A stretch of DNA of 64,000 bases from an uncultured Planctomycetia bacterium (lineage in GTDB: Bacteria; Planctomycetota; MHYJ01; CAYXQY01). The position numbers and the translations under genes were made by a program. The stretch lies in assembly GCA_964580675.1 (NCBI GenBank), contig CAZOLI010000009.1, positions 7,008-71,007 on the forward strand, written 5' to 3'. How positions within the stretch are numbered: position 1 is the stretch's first letter; each line of letters begins with the position of its first letter. Under the pieces are notes generated by a model. The model worked only from the letters and a program-made list of their open reading frames with translations, made no database searches and had not been told where the DNA came from. This document shows positions 48,568 to 58,013 of this stretch, piece by piece.

Positions 48568-51486
48568 ATGAAACAAAAAATGAATACGAACCAACATTCC
48601 ATCGTCCATTACGGAATTCTTCTCCTCCTGCTCCTCTGGACGTCCGTCACCGCGTTGCCGGCACTGCAGGATAAAGGAGACGGAACACGGCAGGACGAGC
48701 CCGACCTGGAGAAACTGGACCAGCTGATCACCAGCGGAAAATACGAGGAAGCACGAAAAAAACTGAACAACATACCGGAAGATGGTTCGGACCAGGCCCG
48801 GAAACAGTTCCGGCTTCTCATGAGGATCCTTCGACAGACCGGTTCGTATTCCAGGGGCATCAAAAAATGCAAATCATTTCTGGAGTCCGTAGATGATCCC
48901 GGTGTTCGCCTCGCCCTGGCCCGGTTCGAAAAACGAAAAGGACTGTACGAAAAAGCCCTGAAACGGGTAAACACCGTGATTGAAAACCACGAATCCCACC
49001 TCGCCGCCCGTGCGCTCCGGGTCGAGCTTTACCGAACCACCGGCAAGTACGAGAAAATAAAAAGTGAATTTCAATTCTTCAAAAACTACGCAGAAAACAA
49101 CGAAGAAGAACTCGATGACGTGAGCGGGCTGTATCACCTCTCCAGGGGACTATGGCTCTACGCAAACTGGAAGGGGAACACGGACCTCGTGAAGAAAATT
49201 GTCGGGGAATACCTGTTCCGCGCAAACAAGAAAAACAGCAAACACCTCCCGATGAAAACATTCTGGGGAAGTTGCTACCGTGACAAAGGAGCAATACCGG
49301 ACGCCATTCAAACCTACAAAGAAGTATTAAAAATTAACGAGAATTACGCCGCGGCACTTGTGAGCCTGGCCAGGATCGGGTCCGAAAACAAACGCCGAAG
49401 AAAAAAAACAGGATCCCCGAAAAAACTGGCAAAAAAAGCGCTGGAAACCAATCCAAATTACCTGCCGGCACGACTTGTACTGGCCAAGAGACACCTGATC
49501 AAAAAGAAGTTCAAGAAATTTCGGAAACAGCTCGAACGGGCTCTGGAAATTAATGAGAACTCCCCCGGCGCCCACGGGCTCAACGCTGCCTATCACCTCC
49601 TGCAGAACAACAGGGAAAAGTATAAAACCGCTCGGAAGAAAGCGCTCTCCGTCAACCCGAAATACGGGCGTATGGACGCCACCATTGCCGGTATACTCGA
49701 GGAAGAAATGGAATTTCAGCGGGCTCAGAAGTACTACAACCAGGCCACCGAGCTTAATCCGAACCTCTGGGGAGTTCAGGAATCCAAAGGCATCAACCTC
49801 CTTCGCCTCGGTCAGGAACGAAAGGGCAAAAAAATCCTGGAAAAAGCCTACAAAAACAACCCCTTTAACGTAAAAGTTGTCAATACCCTCGAACTCCTCG
49901 ACCTATTCGAGGAGGAGTTCGAAACATACCGCGACGACGGATATCTTCTCCGTGTTCATGAAAGTGAAGCCGAATACGCGAGATACTGGATACAGAAACT
50001 CCTGAAAAAATCCATTGAAGAAATGTCGGAACGGTACCAGTTTGAACTGGATGACCCCGTGGTGGTCGAAATCTTCCACCACAAAGGAGATTTTTCCGTA
50101 CGAACCGTGGGCATTGAAGGAATCGGGGCAAAAGGTGCCTGTTTCGGCAAAGTAACCATGGCCCTTTCGCCCCTTGCCAAAGACGCAATTGGTCCGTACA
50201 ACTGGGGATCCACACTATGGCACGAAATGGGTCACGCGTACGCACTCCAGCTCTCCGAGTGGCGCGTGCCCCGGTGGTTCACGGAAGCACTGTCCGTGTA
50301 CGAGGAAACCCTCGGTCCCCGGGGATGGGAACGTGAAATTGCGTTGAAAGTCAACAAAGCCATGGAAGCCGGTAAACTCCCCACGTTAATGGAAATTGAC
50401 AGTGGTGAAAAACGGTCGAACTTCGCGATGTACCAGTACGGGCGCAAAATAATTGAATTTATTGTGAATGAGTACGGGTTTGAAGGCATCGTAAAAATTC
50501 TTAAGGCCTATCGGGACGGCAAAGAAACAAACGAAGCGTTCGCCTCGGCCCTTGGAGACGACCTCGAAACGGTGGAGGGCAAACTCCGTAAATGGATCCG
50601 GAACTGGATTCAGGGATTTAAACTACGCAACCGGATATCAAAAGAGGAGCGAAAATCATTTCAGGAGCAGGTCGAGAACGGAGAAGAGAAAGGAAAAGCC
50701 CTGGCCATGCTTGCCCTCTACCATTTCCAGCAGAAAAACACGAAAAAAGCACGTCAGAAAGCGAAGGAAGCAATCGAGGAAAATGGCGACCTGGGCATGC
50801 CATACGTCGTCCTCGCCGGCCTCGAACGACGGGACAAAGTGTGGAACGAAGCCAGGAAATTCTATCAGAAAGCCCTCGACAACGGAGCGGATGACTTTCG
50901 AACACTTATGCGGTTCGGAGCGACGCTGGAAAAAACCGGTGACACAAACAGGGCCATAACCATGTACGAAAAAGCAAGAAAGACGTTTCCCCGATACGTT
51001 GGAGACGGCAATCCGTACCTGAAACTTTTTGACCTGTACAAAAACACGAACCAGGGGAGAAAAGCACTCGAATCCCTCAAAGGATATTGCCAGCGGGCTC
51101 ACAAGGACTTCCACAAAAACCGTGAACTGGCGGAGTACCTGGTGAAACTGGAACGTTGGGAGGAGGCCAGAAACGTTCTGGAACGGCTTATCTGGATTAA
51201 TTACAAGGATTTAAAGGTGCAGACGTGGCTTGCGGATTCGTACTGGCACCTCTCGGAGTGGCACCATGCTCATGCGGCTTATCTGAGCACCGTGGGATTA
51301 CTGAAAACCGTTCATGAAGAAAAGGGAGGAGCAAATCGCCTCCTCGGGAAATATCTGCTGAAAGCGGCGAAAGCCAGTGAAAAATTGAACAAAACAGAAC
51401 GGGCACTCCGTGAAGCCAAGAGAGCACAGAACTATGACCGGTCAAACAAAAATATCAAAAAATTTATCAATCGAATCTCTTCCTGA
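48568..51486 (+). CDS. Exported TPR protein with gluzincin (peptidase MA-like) domain
   Basis: Signal peptide, many TPRs, LWHEMGH (HExxH) + WFTEALS third ligand. Confidence 0.85.
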   Translation: MKQKMNTNQHSIVHYGILLLLLLWTSVTALPALQDKGDGTRQDEPDLEKLDQLITSGKYEEARKKLNNIPEDGSDQARKQFRLLMRILRQTGSYSRGIKKCKSFLESVDDPGVRLALARFEKRKGLYEKALKRVNTVIENHESHLAARALRVELYRTTGKYEKIKSEFQFFKNYAENNEEELDDVSGLYHLSRGLWLYANWKGNTDLVKKIVGEYLFRANKKNSKHLPMKTFWGSCYRDKGAIPDAIQTYKEVLKINENYAAALVSLARIGSENKRRRKKTGSPKKLAKKALETNPNYLPARLVLAKRHLIKKKFKKFRKQLERALEINENSPGAHGLNAAYHLLQNNREKYKTARKKALSVNPKYGRMDATIAGILEEEMEFQRAQKYYNQATELNPNLWGVQESKGINLLRLGQERKGKKILEKAYKNNPFNVKVVNTLELLDLFEEEFETYRDDGYLLRVHESEAEYARYWIQKLLKKSIEEMSERYQFELDDPVVVEIFHHKGDFSVRTVGIEGIGAKGACFGKVTMALSPLAKDAIGPYNWGSTLWHEMGHAYALQLSEWRVPRWFTEALSVYEETLGPRGWEREIALKVNKAMEAGKLPTLMEIDSGEKRSNFAMYQYGRKIIEFIVNEYGFEGIVKILKAYRDGKETNEAFASALGDDLETVEGKLRKWIRNWIQGFKLRNRISKEERKSFQEQVENGEEKGKALAMLALYHFQQKNTKKARQKAKEAIEENGDLGMPYVVLAGLERRDKVWNEARKFYQKALDNGADDFRTLMRFGATLEKTGDTNRAITMYEKARKTFPRYVGDGNPYLKLFDLYKNTNQGRKALESLKGYCQRAHKDFHKNRELAEYLVKLERWEEARNVLERLIWINYKDLKVQTWLADSYWHLSEWHHAHAAYLSTVGLLKTVHEEKGGANRLLGKYLLKAAKASEKLNKTERALREAKRAQNYDRSNKNIKKFINRISS

Positions 51487-51788
51487 ACCCATCCGTTTCC
51501 CTGATTCGGGAGAAGAGGCCGGGAAACGTCCCAGCCCCCCGTCCACCCGCGGCCGTCGGCTCCTCCTCCATTCTGGAGGTAGGGGAACAGAAGAAACCTG
51601 AATCCGGTTTCCCGTCACATACGGAAAAGCGAACGGGACCGTCCTTCAGGAAAGGAATCACTCCCATCTTCTTCCCGACGTTCAGAATATTGGAAACGTT
51701 GGGGGTTTCTGCTAACATAAACCACTGTTCCGGCGGGTGTCTGAGGTTCTGGAATACTTCTCTTATCTAGAGTTACAGCTGAAGACCA

Positions 51789-53768
51789 TTGGGAAAAGCA
51801 ACTGTTTACTGTGAAGGATGCGGCATCCGAATAACCGAAAAGGAATTCAAGGAAGGAAACGCACTTACGTACAAAAACATGTCCTTCTGTGAAGGGTGTG
51901 GATCGGACCTGAAGAAGGAATTAAAAAAAGAGGGAAAAAAACTTCAGGAAATGACGGAGTCAAGTGTATTAAGAGCACTCGATATTGAAGCCGATGAAGA
52001 TTCCGATCCGGACCCCTCTCCCGACAAACCTCCCTCCGCATCCACCGAACCCGTCTCGGACGCCTCTCCCTCCGGTCAGAAAACACACGGAAATAATCGG
52101 CGAAAGAAGAAAAAGAAAAGCCGTAAACGCCCCGAAAGGGGAAGACGGGAACGCGGCACATCCACATCCGACGATGACCATGATCGTCTCGAGAAGTTTC
52201 GCGAGGGACGGGAGGACGATTCTTTCCTGTCAACCGGGGTGCTTGTCGGAGGTGGTGCGATCCTTGTTTTGGGCCTTATCGCCGGCATGTTTTATTTCCT
52301 GTCCGGGTCCGAGGGGAATCCCGCCCTTGTGGATGCGCGCATCAAAAAGGTAAGAAACGAAATGAGTGCCCTGAAGGATTCCTACAGCCAAACAGACGTG
52401 AAACGTATGTCGGAATGGATGTCGGAAGCTCGTGAAGCGGCGCCGGAAGGATACAGAACAGGAGACCTTGCCGAACTCAACGATCGCCTGGAGGAAATGC
52501 AACAGAACCTGTCGAAGCGGGAGGAACTCCGGAACAGGGTCTCCTCCCTGAAGGAATCCATCCCGGAACAATCCCCCGGCAAACTCAAGGAAACCATGAA
52601 AACACTTTTTGAAATACAGAAAAAGGGACAAAGAAACGAAATGGGGGAGGAATTTCAGTATACAATCGGCGAAGCAATCAAAGACGCCGCCGGTCGGTGG
52701 CGTGATCAGAAAATGGACGAACTTCCCGAACTCGACACATCCAGTATCGACGCCTTCGTTAAATCATACAGGGAACACACGGAACAACTCGATCGGATTA
52801 TACGCAAATTGAAGGCCGGTCTGAACCTGCCACCGGACAAGGTGAACGAAGTGGACGCCTCTTTCTGGCGAAAGGACCTGGCCAGGAAGGCGGAACAGGA
52901 AAAGTGGAAATTCGAAAACAAATCGGACGACTTTATCCACGGAAAATTTGAAGAAATCAGCAAGCGGCTCGATAATTACCTCAGCAACGTTCGAGAAAAG
53001 AAAACGAGCGGGAACCTTAAGGAGGCGCTCCGGATGCTCGAAAACCCGCCCCGGGAAATGAAACGGACCCTGAAACAGTTCACACGTCGTCTGAGTTCCG
53101 GGGACTCCCCGTACGACAAAGCCATGGATAAAATGGACGAAATAGACAAAAAAATTGAAATGCGGAAAAAGGAAATAAAACGGCTGATCCGGGCGGAGGA
53201 AACCGGGGGTCAGGACACCGCCGAATCCGGGGACGAGGGACAGCAACCGGCACCGGACCAGAACGGCGATCAACCGGATGAGAACGAAAACGTCTTCACT
53301 CTGTTTAAAGACGGAAAGGGAACGGACGACATGGTCTGGCGGAAACCTAAATCGGGAAAAATGGAAGTAAAAAACGGGAATCTCGTCCTGAGTGATTCAA
53401 AGAATCGGGAAATGAGTGAGGACCCGTACCATTACCTGTTCATGGGCAAAGACGGTTGGAAGAATTACATCATCACACTCTCCTTTGCAAAAATTGAAGC
53501 AAAAGGAGCCACCTTCTACTTCCGGTCCGACCACTCCGGAAACGGGGCTTTTTACCACGCGAACCTCCCCGAAAAAGCCGGAACGATCGTTCTGAAAACG
53601 GAAGATGGCAAAATTTTCTGGAAAAAAGGCCCAGACAACTGGGTGAACATATCCGAGAAACTGGGTGAGAACGCCCGAACGGATCGTGATAGCGGCAAGT
53701 TCGGCATGAGTCTCATCGGCAGCGGCAAGATCGTATTGAAGGAAATCAAGGCGAAACTCCTCAAATAA
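51789..53768 (+). CDS. Zn-finger, single-TM protein with coiled coil and C-terminal beta domain
   Basis: YCEGC...FCEGC, acidic then basic linker, TM VLVGGGAILVLGLIAGMFYFL; C-terminal lectin/DUF1080-like strands; TTG start. Confidence 0.72.
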   Translation: MGKATVYCEGCGIRITEKEFKEGNALTYKNMSFCEGCGSDLKKELKKEGKKLQEMTESSVLRALDIEADEDSDPDPSPDKPPSASTEPVSDASPSGQKTHGNNRRKKKKKSRKRPERGRRERGTSTSDDDHDRLEKFREGREDDSFLSTGVLVGGGAILVLGLIAGMFYFLSGSEGNPALVDARIKKVRNEMSALKDSYSQTDVKRMSEWMSEAREAAPEGYRTGDLAELNDRLEEMQQNLSKREELRNRVSSLKESIPEQSPGKLKETMKTLFEIQKKGQRNEMGEEFQYTIGEAIKDAAGRWRDQKMDELPELDTSSIDAFVKSYREHTEQLDRIIRKLKAGLNLPPDKVNEVDASFWRKDLARKAEQEKWKFENKSDDFIHGKFEEISKRLDNYLSNVREKKTSGNLKEALRMLENPPREMKRTLKQFTRRLSSGDSPYDKAMDKMDEIDKKIEMRKKEIKRLIRAEETGGQDTAESGDEGQQPAPDQNGDQPDENENVFTLFKDGKGTDDMVWRKPKSGKMEVKNGNLVLSDSKNREMSEDPYHYLFMGKDGWKNYIITLSFAKIEAKGATFYFRSDHSGNGAFYHANLPEKAGTIVLKTEDGKIFWKKGPDNWVNISEKLGENARTDRDSGKFGMSLIGSGKIVLKEIKAKLLK

Positions 53769-53782
53769 CACAACCCCTTCCC

Positions 53783-55057
53783 ATGTCCAATCCCTCGTAC
53801 CAGAAACCCCGTGGTTTTGAGGATATTCTGCCGGATGACGTTGGTGTGTGGCAGGAAATAGAAAGCACGGTTCACGATCTCTATCCGAAATTCGGCTACC
53901 GGGAAATCCGCGTGCCTCACATTGAACACACCGAACTCTTCGTGCGGTCCATCGGGGAGGCAACCGACATCGTCGAAAAGGAAATGTTCACGTTTAAGAA
54001 AGGGGATGAACAATCCCTGTCCCTCCGTCCGGAAATCACCGCCTCCCTCTGTCGATCGGTCATCGAAAATCACCTTCGGAAACAGGAACCGTTCCAGAAA
54101 TTGTATTACGTCGGTCCCTGTTTTCGGTACGAAAAACCGCAGAAAGGTCGACTCCGACAGTTCCACCAGATTGGTGTGGAGGCCATCGGGGCCGACGACC
54201 CCCTTCTGGACCTGGAAACCATCGATTTGTTTGTCAGAACTCTGCACCGAACGGGTGTTTCCAACTTCACCGTTCACCTGAACACCATGGGCTGCCAGGA
54301 TTGTCGGCCGGTATATCGGGATCACCTGAAGGATCATATCGAACCACGACTGGACGGCCTCTGCGAAAACTGCCAGGATCGCTTTCACAGAAACCTGTTC
54401 CGGGTGCTGGACTGCAAGCGGGAATCGTGTCAATCAACCCTGGGAGACGTTCCCCCGATTTACGAAGACCTTTGTGCGCCCTGCTCGGACCACTGGTCGG
54501 CCGTTCGGAACCGGGCAAAAGACCTCCGTGTGGACGTCAAGGAAGATCCCCGGCTCGTTAGAGGTCTCGATTATTACACCAGAACCGTTTACGAAATGCG
54601 AAGCGGAGATCTCGGGGCCCAGAACGCCCTTGGTGGCGGGGGACGATACAATGGGTTAATGGAAGAACTCGGGGGCGAGCCGGCCGGCGGGATCGGCTTC
54701 GGCATTGGCGTGGAACGCTTGATTCTCGCCAGAAACGAACAGGAGGACGCCGACCCGGAAACGGATAACCCCCTTCTCTACCTGGTAAGCGTCGATGAAG
54801 AATGTCACGAAGAAGCTTATTCCCTCGCCTCACACCTGCGACGGAAGGATTTTGCCGTGGACCTGAATTACGAAGACCGAAGTCTAAAATCACAGATGCG
54901 GGTGGCGAATCGCTCCGGGGCCCCGCTCGTCGGTATTCTGGGTCCCGATGAAATCGAACAGGATGAAATTACCATTAAAACAATGTCCTCCGGGGAGGAA
55001 AAACGGGTCAGACGAGACAACCTGGAGGATCACCTTTCGTCCGTCGCGAGGTCATAA
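53783..55057 (+). CDS. hisS: Histidyl-tRNA synthetase
   Basis: KPRGFEDILP, LRPEITAS, FRYEKPQKGRLRQFHQ, LVRGLDYY, GGGGRYNGL, GFGIGVER. Confidence 0.97.
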   Translation: MSNPSYQKPRGFEDILPDDVGVWQEIESTVHDLYPKFGYREIRVPHIEHTELFVRSIGEATDIVEKEMFTFKKGDEQSLSLRPEITASLCRSVIENHLRKQEPFQKLYYVGPCFRYEKPQKGRLRQFHQIGVEAIGADDPLLDLETIDLFVRTLHRTGVSNFTVHLNTMGCQDCRPVYRDHLKDHIEPRLDGLCENCQDRFHRNLFRVLDCKRESCQSTLGDVPPIYEDLCAPCSDHWSAVRNRAKDLRVDVKEDPRLVRGLDYYTRTVYEMRSGDLGAQNALGGGGRYNGLMEELGGEPAGGIGFGIGVERLILARNEQEDADPETDNPLLYLVSVDEECHEEAYSLASHLRRKDFAVDLNYEDRSLKSQMRVANRSGAPLVGILGPDEIEQDEITIKTMSSGEEKRVRRDNLEDHLSSVARS

Positions 55058-55434
55058 CCGGAAACGCTTGAAGGCGAATCAACCGGAGCTACGTCGAATT
55101 ACCAAACCCGCCAGGCAACGGACAAATGATCATACGTCAGTGAGGGAACCCTGTTCCTGCTCACTGCAACCACCGGGCCGGTCCTGACCGTTTCCGCTAC
55201 TGGAACACCATTGTCCCCGCCTGGCACAGGTCATGTGCGGCTCTGCCTCCACAATTCCTCGGGGCAGGACCCAATAACGGAAATCGGAGACACATTCCTT
55301 TCGTAATGAGACGTGTCCGGCCCCCAGAGGTGTATTGTTCAATGGATTTGATACCAAGCATTTTTTTTATTATATTTGTAAATTCCATATCAGAGGGTTT
55401 GATTAATCAATCCCGTTGATTCGCTCGTTTGCTT

Positions 55435-55470
55435 CCTCTTCTGCTTCTGGATGCACAGAGGGGGGTTTTT
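55435..55470 (+). promoter_or_regulatory. Hairpin + U-tract in rpsF leader (terminator or r-protein leader)
   Basis: CCTCTTCTGC...GCACAGAGGGGG followed by TTTTTT, 33 nt upstream of the rpsF ATG. Confidence 0.35.
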
Positions 55471-55503
55471 TATGCGGTCAAAATTCTCAAGATTACCTGA
55501 GAC

Positions 55504-56256
55504 ATGACAGAACGGAACGAAAAATACTACGAAGGGATGTTTATCACCGCTCCGGGTGGTGGAGAAGAAGCCTGGGAAGAATCCGAGGATGCCGTTCGTT
55601 CCGTCCTCGAGGACAACGAAGCGGAAATCGACTACATGGAAAACTGGGCCGACCAGGAATTTGAATTCGAAATTGAAAAGGAACGAAGGGGAAAATACCT
55701 CCTGACCCATTTCCGTGTCAGTCCATCCTCAATTGAGGAAATCCGCCATGACGCCGGGCTGAACGAGCAGATCCTTCGACTCCTGATCCTGGACCGCGGA
55801 CGGGAAGAAATTTACGAAGAGATGATCGAGGAACGAAAAGAAGCGGTACGAAAACGGGAAGAAGAAGAAGCAGAGGAGGAAGAAGAATCAGAAGAAGCAG
55901 AGGAGGAAGAGGAAACTGAATTAGAGGAAGAGGAACAAACACCGTCTTCCGAAGAGGGAGAAACGTCCGAACCGGAAGAAATGGAGCACGAGTCCGAATC
56001 CCCGGAAACAACGGAGGAAGAATCCGAATCCCCCGAGGAACCGGAAAAAGAGACGGAGGAGGAATCGGGGAAACCGGAAACCACCGAAGCGGCTGCCGGG
56101 GAGGAAACGGAGGAATCAATCGAGGAAGACACCGAGAACGAGACACCTGATTCCCCCGAAGAAAACGGCAGTACCTCCAGTGATGTGGACGTAGAGGAAA
56201 ACGAACAACCGGACGAATCCCCGGAAGAAGAAAAGATTGAAGAGAAACCTGAATAA
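55504..56256 (+). CDS. rpsF: 30S ribosomal protein S6 with ~150-aa acidic tail
   Basis: KYYEGMFI...MENWADQEFEFEIEKERRGKYLLTHF...NEQILRLLI S6 fold; position before rpsR-rplI. Confidence 0.9.
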   Translation: MTERNEKYYEGMFITAPGGGEEAWEESEDAVRSVLEDNEAEIDYMENWADQEFEFEIEKERRGKYLLTHFRVSPSSIEEIRHDAGLNEQILRLLILDRGREEIYEEMIEERKEAVRKREEEEAEEEEESEEAEEEEETELEEEEQTPSSEEGETSEPEEMEHESESPETTEEESESPEEPEKETEEESGKPETTEAAAGEETEESIEEDTENETPDSPEENGSTSSDVDVEENEQPDESPEEEKIEEKPE

Positions 56257-56276
56257 AGTAAAGAAAGGAGAACGAT

Positions 56277-56504
56277 ATGGCACAGAAGCGATACACAAAA
56301 TTTCAACGAAGAACCCGGTGCCGCTGGTGCCGGGATGGTGTGGAACACATCGATTACAAGGATGTCGGCGAACTCAGAAAAATGATAGATATGCAGGGAA
56401 AAATACTTCCCAAACGGCGGTCCGGCAACTGTACAGCTCACCAGAGAAAGGTAAAACGTGCGGTAAAACGAGCAAGGTTCCTGGCCCTTTTGCCACAGGG
56501 ATAA
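56277..56504 (+). CDS. rpsR: 30S ribosomal protein S18 (Zn-binding C+ type)
   Basis: CRWC, IDYKDV, GKILPKRRSGNCTAHQR, AVKRARFLALLP. Confidence 0.96.
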   Translation: MAQKRYTKFQRRTRCRWCRDGVEHIDYKDVGELRKMIDMQGKILPKRRSGNCTAHQRKVKRAVKRARFLALLPQG

Positions 56505-56509
56505 CAACC

Positions 56510-56983
56510 ATGGAAATTCTTCTCTGGAAAACCATCGACAAACTTGGCGAACAGGGAGAAGTCGTTGATGTGGCCCCCGGCTATGCCCGTAATTACCTGT
56601 TTCGAAAAGGATGGGCAACCCCGAACACGGCGGAACACCGAAAAAAAATGGAGCAGCAGAAAGAACGGCTGAAACGGGAAGAACAGAAACGAATTGAGGA
56701 AAGCGAACGAAAAGCCGAAGCTCTACAGGACATCTTCTGTGTCCTGGAGGTCGAAACAAACGAAGAAGGAGTGCTCTTTGGATCCGTCACACCAAAAATG
56801 ATTGCGGATCGCCTGACCGACGAACACGGACTCGATGTTTCGGCCAAACATGTGACCCTGAAAAAACCCATCAAACACGTGGGAACGTACAAGGTTCCGA
56901 TCAACTTTCATACAGAAGTGCAGGGAACCCTTCACACCTGGGTCGTTTCTTCCGGTCAGGGCCACTCCGGCCCCTCTGAATAA
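56510..56983 (+). CDS. rplI: 50S ribosomal protein L9
   Basis: MEILL...LGEQGEVVDVAPGYARNYL, GVLFGSVT, PIKHVGTY. Confidence 0.96.
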   Translation: MEILLWKTIDKLGEQGEVVDVAPGYARNYLFRKGWATPNTAEHRKKMEQQKERLKREEQKRIEESERKAEALQDIFCVLEVETNEEGVLFGSVTPKMIADRLTDEHGLDVSAKHVTLKKPIKHVGTYKVPINFHTEVQGTLHTWVVSSGQGHSGPSE

Positions 56984-57095
56984 CGGGCCCGGATACAACA
57001 CCCCAAACAAAACAGTCCCACTCACCTTCACAATGAGGGAAAGATGAATGCTCCGTCCGGGGATACTTCCTTAATTGGGGGGTAATGATGCCGTC

Positions 57096-57308
57096 CTACT
57101 CTCCGTCGGTGTCCTGAATGAACCACCCGGACGTAAATATTCCAATTGCCAACAGGAGGATGATCACCTCCTGCCTCATGGATCCTTCCAGACCCGTGAC
57201 CAGTGCCAGACCGGCCAGAGTGATCCCCCCGAGCTGCAAACTTTTCGCCAGCAGGAATCGAATCAAGGTGCTGTCCAAATGAAAATGAAGAATCCCGATC
57301 CAGGTCAA
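57096..57308 (-). CDS. Small two-TM hypothetical protein
   Basis: Two hydrophobic segments (LGGITLAGLALVTGL; VIILLLAIGIFTSGWFI); same strand as the upstream gene. Confidence 0.5.
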   Translation of the reverse strand: MTWIGILHFHLDSTLIRFLLAKSLQLGGITLAGLALVTGLEGSMRQEVIILLLAIGIFTSGWFIQDTDGE

Positions 57309-57375
57309 CCGCCCCGATCAAAAGAATGACCGCGGGTCCGGAGAGAAGTGGGATAAACACACGGGAATGAACGTC

Positions 57376-57738
57376 CTAATCTGCGTCAGAAGATTCCTCT
57401 TCCTCCACCTCTGAACCGCCAAATTCATCCGTAAACGCCCTTCTGGTCACCCGGTCAACCATCTCCACCGATTTTTCCAGATACCCCAGGATGTCCTCCC
57501 TTGTCCAATCGGGATGTTCCTCAATTTCCCCCATCAGATCATCGATGACCTCCTTCCGAAGCCGAATCCGCTTTCCGATCTTCAACTTCGAAAGGTCGTA
57601 ACCCAGTTCCCGGGCCGTCTCGAACACCTGATCCTTGACCTCCTCCGACACGACGAACTCCGGATCTTCGGTTAAAATGCGGCGGACTTCCTCAAGTTCC
57701 ATGTCCAGCTCGTCCGCGATGTCCTGAAATGTTACCAT
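57376..57738 (-). CDS. Stand-alone LacI-type HTH protein without ligand-binding domain
   Basis: VTFQDIADEL...VSEEVKDQVFETARELGY matches the LacI HTH/hinge pattern; only 120 aa. Confidence 0.7.
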   Translation of the reverse strand: MVTFQDIADELDMELEEVRRILTEDPEFVVSEEVKDQVFETARELGYDLSKLKIGKRIRLRKEVIDDLMGEIEEHPDWTREDILGYLEKSVEMVDRVTRRAFTDEFGGSEVEEEESSDAD

Positions 57739-58013
57739 GTCAGAGAATCCAAAATATCTGAAGTAAGTCGGTTTATGAAACCATCAGAAATCAACCAAAC
57801 CTATCTCATAAATCATATCGCCGGATATTTTGAAATTCAACTATACCGGAGTACGATTATCAACTCCGCCGGTTCCGTTCTCCCTCTGTCACCGGTGATT
57901 ACGACCGCAGGGGGGATATAATTTCGTCTCCGTTACTGGATCAAAAACCGTTCTTTTGTTAACGTACTAGCCGGAATATCGATTCTTCGAAGGGCCTTTC
58001 TCACAACCGGAAC

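Noticed and set aside
55128-55171. SAM-I riboswitch (GAGGGA...GCAACC)
   Set aside because: The AUCxAGAG and GGUGC(C/U)AA core elements and P1 are missing, and no methionine or SAM gene is downstream.
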